In this document: piece after piece, positions 1-10,448 of the stretch
How positions within the stretch are numbered: position 1 is the first letter of the stretch
Layout of the letters: each line of letters begins with the position of its first letter
Source of the DNA: Proteromonas lacertae
Taxonomy: Eukaryota
Length of the DNA stretch: 20,000 bases
Assembly (NCBI GenBank): GCA_002245135.1
Contig: NGBS01000889.1
Location: 120,908 to 140,907 of the forward strand
Reading direction: 5' to 3'
Notes under the pieces: generated by a model
The model's database searches: none
Told to the model about the DNA's origin: nothing
What the model saw: the letters and a program-made list of their open reading frames with translations, nothing else
Position numbers and translations under genes: made by a program

Positions 1-3000
1 AGTTACAGATTCAGATAATAAATATTCTATTAATGGTAAGATTCTTCGAGATGGAGATGTGGATGAGTGAATTCTATTTAAATATTATATAACAAAACAA
101 TATATATATATATATATATACATTTTATCATCACATATATTTGAATCTTCTTGGCGAATTGAAAAAATAGTAACATTATGTTCTTCTATTTCACTTTTAT
201 GACTTTCTATTATTTCTCTATTACAATTACTAATTATTATTTCATAATCAGTATTGTTTATCATCTCACTTAACTTTTCACTATTATCTAAACAATATCG
301 AACTGACAATTGAAGTGAATTTCCTTTAAATCCTCCATTTGAATTTATATATATTTCATATTGTTTTAGAATGTAATAGATTCGATCATCTTTATCATCT
401 TCATTTAACCAAATTCCTACTCTTGTATTAGAACTTTTTATTAATTCATCACTTACTGTAAAATCGTTTTTATATTCATCATCATCTTCACGAAATACCA
501 TTGAATATTGATTTTGTAATCTAAAACCATTTCGAGGTAATAATATTATTTCATATTCATTATTTATATAATGATTCAAGAAAATCTTTATTCCAATTAA
601 ATTATTACTTTCAATCGAATTGTAGCCTATTGGCAAATCATATTTATTTCGATATAACTCTTTTAGTATTGATTCACTCTTTTCATCATTTATCAATGGC
701 ATAACTGAATTTAAAATTGATAATGAATTAAACATTGCATAACTTATCTCATTACACATTTCATTTGATTTCCCAGAATTAGAATCTATAAATTCCATCC
801 AAGCAAAATTAGATCCACTATCTAAAAGATTTGAATAACTGGAAATAAAATAAACATCATTGAATCGATTATTATCTCCTTTGTTACAATCTATTATGTT
901 TTCTACTATATCTAGAATTATTACTTTATAATTCTTTCGATTCATATCATTCTCATTCATTAAATCTAAAAATTCAATTATATTATCATTTATTATGGTA
1001 TATATTGACACTTTACTGTAATTACAGTGAATTTCATTTATTGTTTCATTTATACTCTCATAACTAGTATTCTTTAATTCAATTTCTACACAGGTTATGG
1101 ATTTTATTATTTCTGAACTCTTCTTTACATTGGAACTGATTAATCTACTTGAATTAGTATCTAAATGGATTATTACACAATTTTCACTTTCTTGAGAAAA
1201 ATAACCTAATAATAAATCACTGTAATGGTTGGGAATTCGATTTAATGTCACTATATTCTTATAACATTCTTCACCTTCTCCTGGATTAACTACAAATAAT
1301 AGTTTATCTCCTCTTATCAAATATTTATTCATTATTTCTCTTTCTTCATTTCTGAAATTGATATTAAAGAAATTATTCTAATATATTAATTATATATATT
1401 TTAAAAAAAGATATGATTCACTTCCAAAAAAGGCAACAATTGCACTATCATTATAATAACGATCCATATAATTAGTTAATTCAGATAAACTTCGGATTAT
1501 TGGTCTTCGAGGTATTATTCGATGATTATTTATTCCACCATGTAATCGGTTTGTTGCAGCTGTCATTCCATAAAAATATTGACTGTAGAAATCGTCATAT
1601 AAATCATCATATTTTGTTGATATTCTTATATAAACAGCAATATAATAGGATTGCTTTATTTCTTTACCATTACACCAATCACATTTTCGATATATATCTG
1701 AAAAACTCATACTTTGATCAATATAGATAGATTTTGATTCTAATTCAGCTGTTCCATTTTTTATTATACCAATAAATAAATAACTTTCTAAATATCCTTC
1801 ATTATTCCAACTGATTCTTCCTCCTGCACTTTCACTTATTGAATGTTCAATTGATTCTTTAAATGATTTAAAATCCACTTGACCTATCAGATTGATTGTT
1901 TCAACAAATAGTTTTATTATTGAATAACTTAAAGACATTGTCGAGGTTAATATTGGTTCATCACTAAATACTTTTAAAGATTCTTTCAAAGATTTACTAC
2001 TCTCACTTTCATAACTATTTATATAGCTATTCATTATTATTGCATTTTCAAAGATCTCTTTTTCATAATGATTAACTATTATTTCATCTAAACTTAAACT
2101 CAACACTGGATAATCTACACTATTCATTGTTATTGTTTCATTATATTTATAGAAAAACCAATAGTTATATTCTCTTTCTATTACACTTATTATCAAACAA
2201 TTGCCTTTACAATATGTACCAATCTGAGAAACTGCATCATAAGCACTTGTTGCACTTACATCTTTCATTTCATAACTTCCTTTATAGTTTAAATTCTTTT
2301 CACCTTTTATAAATGAAGAAATTATCTCATAGCTTTTGACTGAAGACTTCTCACTTGAATATAATATAAAAACATTCTGATGTTTCTTTAATAAATTTTG
2401 ATAACTTCGAGTTATTAGATTATAAGTCATTGGTTGACTGTATAATACATTTCCATTACAATTATCACCACTTACACTTCCTAAATGTAAAAAGGGAAAT
2501 TTATATTTTTCACTTACTATCTCTTCCAATTTACCATATTCTAGTGTATTTACTATACAGATTATATTATATTCTTTCAGCTTTGAATCAATCTCAGATT
2601 GGATGATTGATGATTCTTTTGATCCATCAAAGTATATGGATATCAATGATTTTCCAAGAATTGAAGATTTCGAGTAATATTCATCTATACTTATCTCTAA
2701 ACTGTCTAATGTATAACCATCAAAGTAGCTTAAATCACCTTTAGTATTACTTATTATACCAATAAAATAGGTTTCATCACTTAAATAATTATCAGATTTT
2801 ATTAAATTACAATATTTATTGGATGGAAATCCATTCACTTGACTACTTGGTACATTGAATGGAACTTTTATTACTTCTTTTATTACCATATCACCACTAT
2901 CTACATAACCGATTTTTATATTTCCTATTAATCGATGATTGGATAATAACGATATTGATAAATTACTGATAATTTCATATTTCTGATTATAGAAATTGAA

Positions 3001-3951
3001 TCGAGTTTGTTCATAATCAAGTTTATTGTTGATTCTTTGGCTTGATAATATTTTCAATATTGTATATAGAATAACTTGTTCATCAGAATATGGAGTTGGT
3101 GGAGGTGGTGTAGTTGTTGGAACTGTTGAGGTTGGATCTACTGTTGTTGATGGAGTGTTTAAATCATTACTCATTTCAGTTGTATCAACTAATAACATAT
3201 TAGCTATCATATTCTCTTTACTTATTGGATTATAATCCTTAAATTCATTTATTGGGATTGAAAAAGTTATCATCTCAAAATTTGGATTACTTGTAAACAG
3301 ACTTTCAAATTCAGTAATAACAGTAGCATCTCCAATGCTATTATAAATAATTACACTTTCTTTTATTTCTTTTAGTTTTGTAAAGAAATCAGTTATATCA
3401 CTACTACTTGGATTTTCTTTTATCAAACAATATGACACATCATTTCCATAATATGTTAAATAATCTCTTAAACTCTCAACACAAGTCTTATCAAACTCAT
3501 TTTTATATCCCAATATTATATTATGTCTGTAACGATGTTTGTAATGATTAACTACGAAAAATCGAGTATAACAACTATCAAAACCATAAACAACATTTGA
3601 GAGACAAGTAGATAACGGATGATTCACTATATTAAATATATATACTTCATTTTCTACAGCAATTTGATTAAGTTCATCAGGCATAATTACATTTATTCCA
3701 ATAGAAGCAAAGATGATTTTAATACCCTTTTCTTTTACTTGTTTAACATTATCTAAAATATTATTTTTATCAATATTATCTACTTTCACATCCACTTCAT
3801 AAGTGTTTGAATATTTACTACCAAATTTGGTTATCACTTCTTTTAAATCACTAGCTGATGAAGAAGTAGTTGTAAGAACAGCTATATCTTCACCCAAGGC
3901 AATATAAAAAGAACTTAATAACAATACAATATTAAATAATGTGTAACGCAT
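1..3951 (-). CDS. Giant secreted/surface protein with tandem UrtA/AmiC-like periplasmic-binding (PBP type 1) domains, copy A; 3' part runs off the window
   Basis: ATG at 3951 in aatttcaaaATG context, then signal-peptide-like MRYTLFNIVLLLSSFYIALG. Proposed exons are 3951-1415, 1351-122 and 73-<1, which join the 853-aa and 415-aa ORFs in frame. Nearly identical to copy B, and intact at the site of copy B's first frameshift. Confidence 0.85.
74..121 (-). other. 48-nt GT-AG intron with (TA)10, copy A intron 2
   Basis: GTATATATA...TTTAAATAG. Removal gives SNICDDKIIHSSTSPSRRILPLIEYL, which aligns with GQECSYNVFYTGAIPNQFIDPIVTYL in another repeat. Confidence 0.85.
1352..1414 (-). other. 63-nt putative U12-type AT-AG intron, copy A intron 1
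   Basis: Identical to 12986-13048: ATATCTTTT 5' end, TTTCTTTAAT branch-point-like motif and TTTCAG 3' end. Removal deletes the stop and keeps the frame. Confidence 0.75.
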
Positions 3952-4087
3952 TTTGAAATTTCATCAATTTTTTATACTTAAACTAAAGAGTTTATAGATT
4001 TTTTTGGTTTGTACCTTTTCTCGCATTTAAAATAGTTTCATGTTTCATCGAAAAAATAAGAAAATATATATATTAAAAAAATTATCA

Positions 4088-5851
4088 CTAATGAAATGAA
4101 TAATGTTTATTATAATAATTACTATTGTGATGATGATGATGAAAATTATTAGAATTTTGTGATTTTAAAGATTTATTGTTATTCTCATCTTCTTTTAATG
4201 CTTTCTTTCTTCTTCTATCTTCTTCATATTCTTCTCTAACTGTTCTCAACAACTTTTCATCAATTCTCTTACCCTAAGTGATAGATTATAAATTAATTGA
4301 AATACTCGAAATAAACTCGGTATTTGTTCTATATCTTGAAATGTACATTGATTATCCATTAGCCATTCCAATTGTTCAATATGATGAATCAAATAATCAT
4401 GTATTTCTGGAGTTAATTCTTTAATTGATTCCTTATACTATTAAATATATATATATATACAGTAATATATTATACACCCAAACTAACCCATTTCATTGTT
4501 TCATCAATAGTGACAGTAACACAATTTTCAGTAATCAATCTATTTTAAATATAATATTATATATATACGTTGAATAAGGTTTTTTATCAGGTAATATTTT
4601 TATACATCTACTAACTTCCCTAAAATATTCATTATTTAATATATCATTATAAACACATCTCAATCTATCAGCAATATCATTTTCTTTCTGTATAGATGGA
4701 GGACAAACGAACTTAATATTTGGTTTAACCATATCAATACTATAACAAGTATATATATATATATATATATATACTTTTTTCTTATATTACCTTCACTTTG
4801 TCTTTCTTCTTTACTAATATCTACATTATTAACACGTCTGTGATGAGTAACAATTTCACTGTAGAACTCCAACGTATCTTCTAATCTTTCAGCCCAATGA
4901 ACTCTTTTCTTTTGTTTCTTTGGTGATTCTTCTTCTTTCTTATTCGGCTTTGATATTGAAGGAAGTGATATTGGTTGTTTTTCTTCTACTTTCTCTGTTG
5001 ATGCTACTGGTGATGGAATGCTATTATTATTATTATTTAGTATTTGTAATGATTGGACAATTAATGGATTTATTATATTATTTTCATTATTTTCATTATC
5101 ATTTTCAACTCTTTGTTTTTTATTCATTTCATTATTTTCTATTTCATTGTTATTATTATTATCTTCAATTTTTCTTTTAGTTGGTTTGCTATTATCATCA
5201 TTTGATTCTTTTGAAATTTTAATCCATTTATTTTTAATTTTTAATGCTAAATTCTTGTATGGACTATTATCATCACTGTATATTGATTTAATTATAACTT
5301 TTAAATCTTTGGCCTGCTTTATTTGTTCTTTTGTAACAGTTAAACTTTCACATACTTTAAGTATTTTTTTGATTAATCTTTTATTATTCGTTTCTTGAAA
5401 ATGCTTTAACCAATTACCTAATTCTTTTAAAAGATTTAATTTTAGCATTTCATCAACTATTTCAGAGCTTGTCATTGGTAGGCTATTCAATAATAATTCT
5501 ATTTGTGAGTGTGTCTAAAACATTACTAACGATTAAGTATACCAATTTAGATTGAAACATTTTAATTGCTGATTCAGCATTTATATATTTTGTATCATCC
5601 ATGGTGCACTGCAAATAGGCTTCCTGAAATTCAAAATTTGATAATTCTGGTATAAAACTACGAAACATCTACATATATATATAAACTTGACTATACATCA
5701 TATTCCTTTCTGTTGTTTTTTCTCAGTAAATACGGTTGAAAAAACTAGAGATTAACAAAAAATTATATACATCATGTAGCTCAGCTAATTGCCTAACATA
5801 TTTACATAGTGTATATGACAAAAGAGTATTATAACTGTCTTGAAAATCCAT
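4088..5851 (-). CDS. PNUTS/PPP1R10-like protein: TFIIS N-terminal (TND) domain plus PP1-docking RVxW motif
   Basis: Hand-spliced from ATG 5851 with seven GT-AG introns: 5770-5745, 5696-5669, 5542-5515, 4774-4740, 4568-4540, 4475(or 4487)-4438 and 4305-4274. Ends at TAG 4090-4088. TND-like segment LGNWLKHF...IKKILKVCESLTVTKEQIK...LALKIKNKW is followed by KKQKKRVHWAERLEDTLEF. Confidence 0.75.
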
Positions 5852-6288
5852 TTTAAAAAAATGAAATTTGTTTCAAAATTATAGTCGTTTCATTCAAACA
5901 AAACTCAAGCCACATTTTTTATTTTTAAGTTTATTTTTCATTTTATTAATAATTAGATATAAAAGACTTAATATTATTAAGAATTATAAATGTAACAGTT
6001 AAAATCCTCATTGATAAACTTCACAATAAATCAGTAAATGAAATTAACAGAATTATTCAATTCCAATAATGAATAGAAGATTGATAATAGGTTAAAGAAT
6101 TGATAGATCAGATTTAGCAAGTGTATATTCTTTACACTATTATTATAATCTTTTATAAGCGATAAAATCAAGGAATAAAGAAAAATGCGGCTTGATCAAT
6201 GTTTGAAATAAAACGACTATATTTTGAAATAGAAAAAAACTCAATATAAAAACAATATAACTTTATATTAATATTATAAAATACACTT

Positions 6289-7773
6289 TCAAATACAAAA
6301 TGAATCTGGATTGATTGAAGTACGATTGATTGAAGGAATAGTTAATAAATCATCCTCAACATATAGATTCAATGATGATTGTAACAATGAATCATTATTA
6401 TTAACCATACTTATAGGAGCACATATATCCATACTAACATAAGGCAAACTAAAAACCGTAGGAGCTTGAATAAATCCAATCACATTCCTTTGATTATCAC
6501 TATTCAAATAATTTGCAACTAATGTTGGTTTTATTCTTTTAATTGGTTTGTTTTGTATTGCACAATGTTTATTAACACATTTATTATAAGTAGCAGGGAT
6601 AGTCCATCTATAATATAATCTAATAACATTATTATGATATGGTAAAGTGTTTAATAAATTATCGAAATTACTCAATTCTTTAGCGTTTTCATTCATTATT
6701 GTAAATACATAACCATTCAATCTATTCCATTTCTTTAACAAGTGATTAGTTACTGTTGATATTGGTTTATTACTTCCACATGTAATTTCTAATAGAGGAT
6801 TATATAGACATTGTTCCATATAAGTTGAGGTTTGATTGTCAAATGGAATTAATTGAATTGTAGCTCTAAAACATACAGATGAAGCTGTTGTATTTCCTTC
6901 TATTTGTTGTTGTTGTTGTTGTTGTTGTGATGGTAATTGTGATATTGGTTGATTAGTTTGTTTTTGTGAAGATTCACTTACTGTTGGTATAATGAATGAA
7001 ACGATATCATTCTGTATAAAAGCATGTGACGTATTGTTCTGTTTACTATTATCCTTTCTGTTTCTTGTTATTGTATTAGTGTTATTAGTTTTTTGTTGTA
7101 TTAATGAGGTGGATTGTAGTGAAGCTTTACAATATTTCATTTTCTTTATCAATGCTTTTGAAAAGAATTTAGGATTCATATATCTCTTATTATTTGGTTT
7201 GACTGATTTTAATACATTATAGTAGCTCAATATTGCACGATGAATATACTATTAGATACATATAAGATAATATGATTTATACATTTTTCTCTTTTATTCT
7301 CAATTCTTCTGATATACATCCGTATTTTTGTAGCATTGTTGTGATCTTTGTAACCAGTCTGTAATAAAACTGTCTGACCTGATCTTTACTTCTTGAATTC
7401 ATATTTATGCTTATAGCTTGAAAATCTTTATAATATTTCTTATATAAGTCGAAGAACTTAAATATTTCTGTTCTTGACCAATTATTTGTCTCTATTTCAC
7501 TTTTAGAAGTAATATTCTTCTCAATCATGGCTTCACTACTAACAATAACTTTAGCTGAGTTTTTTGTATGAAATATATCATTCATTCTTTCATCGGGGGA
7601 AACTAAATCGCAAGTGTCGAGAATTGAAGAAGGTGATTTAGAGAGAACTATATTCATTATAATATAACATTGATACAGTCATTATATATAGATTTATCAT
7701 TACCATTTGATTGTTTAGGACTTGATGGTTGTGATTGGTAGGAATTGAGTTGGTTTTCTTCTAAAAAATCCAT
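6289..7773 (-). CDS. SANT/Myb-domain protein of the CRAMP1 (cramped) / TSL-kinase-interacting protein 1 family
   Basis: ATG 7773; introns 7676-7648 and 7282-7249 join the ORFs in frame. SANT-like WSRTEIFKFFDLYKKYYKDFQAI...SKDQVRQFYYRL, and a second family block IQLIPFD...NPLLEITCGSNKPISTVTNHLLKKW. Confidence 0.8.
6904..6927 (-). repeat. (CAA)8 coding microsatellite, poly-Gln
   Basis: TTG x8 on the + strand; QQQQQQQQ in the ORF. Confidence 0.9.
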
Positions 7774-7863
7774 ATATGTGTCAGAACAATGTGTATTAAA
7801 TAATAATATAAAGTTAAAATATCAAAAAAGCTGTGAAATTATTAGATAAATAAACCTAAATAA

Positions 7864-7881
7864 TTTCGCGCCAAATTTGAA
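7864..7881 (+). promoter_or_regulatory. E2F-like site with adjacent CHR-like element upstream of the CRAMP1/TKI1-like gene
   Basis: TTTCGCGCCAAA followed by TTTGAA, about 90 nt upstream of ATG 7773. The CG-rich core is conspicuous in this AT-rich intergenic DNA. Confidence 0.5.
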
Positions 7882-8075
7882 TGAGGTTTAGTGTTTGAGG
7901 TTATAGTATATAATTTTTATACAGCATTATACTATATTCATATTTTATATCAATAAAAGTGTTTTTTGTATATTCCAAACTGTTTAAGTGTAAATTGATA
8001 AACATATAGCTTATCAAACACACAAAAGTGAATATTAAAAAATAATAATAAAATTTAATTTCCAAAATTAAGTTA

Positions 8076-8430
8076 TTACACTTCCTAGAATGAATAGAGA
8101 CTTAAAATATATACAGATGCTTTTCTAACAATTTCTGATTCTTCCAATTTCTTTATTTCGTTCTCTAATTTGTCTACTTGATTCATGAAATTCATTATAT
8201 CAGTATTTGTTTCAACACCTAAACATCTGACAATAAAGCTAAATAACAGTAAATATTGATCTAAAATACTCCATTGGATCTGTTGGTCTTGGCACTTCTT
8301 CATAAAGTGCTAGAAGTACCTTATTAAACATATCGAACACTCCTTCATCATGAAGATACTTCCTAAACTCATTTTTTTCATCCTAATAATGTTAAATTTG
8401 AAAAAATACATTTGTTTGAGAGTTACTCAT
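8076..8430 (-). CDS. MYCBP: c-Myc-binding protein (MYCBP/AMY-1)-like small protein
   Basis: ATG 8430; introns 8409-8383, 8269-8239 and 8114-8085. Spliced product MSNSQTNDEKNEFRKYLHDEGVFDMFNKVLLALYEEVPRPTDPMDFIVRCLG...KASEV* matches the MYCBP pattern FRxYL..GVxD.L.KVLVALYEE..KP..ALDF...LG plus a coiled coil. Confidence 0.85.
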
Positions 8431-8507
8431 TTCAAAATCTTTAAAAACTGAAATATTCAAAACTTGTTTCAATCAAGCCTAATTTTTGATTTTTTTTTCA
8501 TTATACG
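8431..8507. promoter_or_regulatory. 77-bp bidirectional promoter region between MYCBP-like and RTF1
   Basis: Head-to-head ATGs at 8430 (-) and 8508 (+). Confidence 0.65.
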
Positions 8508-10320
8508 ATGAGTGACTCAGATGATGTATTTGAAGAATCGTCCGATTCAGATGATAAACCAACAAGAAGCAAAAAACGTACTAGCAACTTAACAAACAAC
8601 ACCAGAAGGTATAATTGGTGTTAATTAACATGTTGATAGGAAAAAAGCAAAGTTTGTTTTATTATCTTATTTATATTTACTAAAAATAGGAGATATGATA
8701 GTGAAGATGAAGAAGATGATGATGATCTCAACCATGAGCTTAAAATATACGAAGAGACAGAGAATAAAAATAAACAAAGAGAAAAACAACGATTGAAGCA
8801 AAAATACAAGCAAAATATGGGAGAGTATTAGTTATTAGTTATAATTATGTAGAAATGATTATGAATCTGATCAAAACGAATCAGATGATGACATGGATGA
8901 TATATATCTTTCACACAACACAACAACAACAACAGCAACCACTAAAAGAAACGAAGAAAAGAAACAAACAAATGAAATGAAAAAAGAGGTAAAAACAAAG
9001 CAAGAAGACCCACCAATAACATTAGATGAATTGAACAAATGTCGTATACCTCGTACATACCTTGAACAATGGTTATATGAACCATATTTTGATAAAGTAG
9101 TTACAAATGCATTTGTTAGATTATCAATTGGAACAGTTAAAGATACTGTATTTGATAGAAATTATTATATATATAGGGTGAAACAAAGTATAGGCTGTGT
9201 ATTGTTGAGAATGTCTCTAGAAATTACAATAGATCATATCGTTTAGGTAATAGAACTACAAATGTTGTATATTTTAATATATATATATATTCATTCATAT
9301 AGGGTTTATTATTAAGTTATGGTGATGCTAAAAGAGTATGGAGTATGGATAAGATTAGTAACAGTCGTATAACACAAACTGAATATGACAAATGGATTAA
9401 AATGATGAGAGAATGTAAATTACATATAATGACATCATCAGTATATATATTCTATTATTATTAATATTATATAATAGGAAGCAAGAGAAAAAGCTAAATC
9501 AATTATTCATACTATCAAAAACACAGTTCATAGTGCAGAAGTAGTCAATGAAATGGTTAAACAAATACAATCCAACGTATTTATATATATATTATCATTT
9601 ATTAGTTTGCAAATGTAAGTAATTTAGCTAGTAAAAGAGATGAATTAGTTGCACTTTATAATACAGCCAAATTAGAAGGAAATGCAGCTCAAGAAGAACA
9701 TATTCAGAGTCTATTAGATGAATTAGATGTATAAACATTGTTATTATTATTATGATAAAATAGAGTGAAGCTAAAAGAAGAAAGAAGAATGAATATAATA
9801 GACTTACTCAAGGAAGTTTATTGAAACAAATCAATGAAAAGCAACAGAAATCAAACAAAGAAACGTTAAGAAGACACCAAGAAGAGATGGAAAAGAGAGG
9901 TGAAGATATACATGATCCTTCAGGTAGAATTGACACTATTCCAACTAATATTTGGGCTGTTTCTATTAATAAAGATGAAGAGGAAGAAAAGAAGGAGGAA
10001 GAAGACAAAGCTAAAGTATTAATTCAATATATATATTTATTTATATATTTAGAAAGTTGAATTACCTGATTTGAATAAAAATGATACTCCTCCTCCTCAA
10101 CAACTTGTTGTATCTCCAACTAAAGCTGCAAATGACGATAATATTGTTATTGATATTCCCTCTATTTCTCCAATAAATTCTGCTAATAGAACTGCTCCAA
10201 TTCAGAGATTGATTGAACCACCTAAACTTCAAGGAAAAGTATGTTTATATTATTATATTGTATTAGAAAATGGGCTTAGAAGAATATAAAAAACTTAAAT
10301 TACAAAAAAATAAAACTTAA
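8508..10320 (+). CDS. RTF1: RTF1-like Paf1-complex-associated protein (Plus3 domain)
   Basis: ATG 8508; ten GT-AG introns: 8609-8639, 8652-8689, 8825-8852, 9148-9176, 9267-9302, 9441-9477, 9577-9605, 9729-9763, 10016-10052 and 10239-10266. TAA ends at 10320. Plus3 motifs LDELNKCRIPRTYLEQWLYEPYFDKVVTNAFVRLSIG, YRLCIV, YRLGNRTT and MDKISNSRITQTEYDKW; C-terminal MGLEEYKK. Confidence 0.9.
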
Positions 10321-10448
10321 TAGATAATTGTTTTTTCTCATTGTTTATCTTTCATGTTTTGATTGGATTAACTTATGTCATGATTTTTATACTATTTATA
10401 TCATATTACTGTGAGTACTTACATAAGATTTGATGTGTGAGAAAAATT

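Larger units (their letters stand above)
1..3842. repeat. Left arm of a >=3.84-kb inverted repeat (partner 10558-14402)
   Basis: The reverse complement matches 10558-14402 (3840 pairs with 10560; 1 pairs with 14402). The match continues to the window edge. Confidence 0.97.

Noticed and set aside
8383..8409. Additional U12-type intron (GTATTTTT...TTTAAC)
   Set aside because: It lacks the TATC donor core, and at 27 nt it matches the ordinary major-class introns.
4088..10380. Stop codons completed by polyadenylation with a downstream TGTTTGTT motif, as known in Blastocystis
   Set aside because: All four complete genes have genomic stop codons, and only imperfect TGTTT-like motifs were seen downstream.
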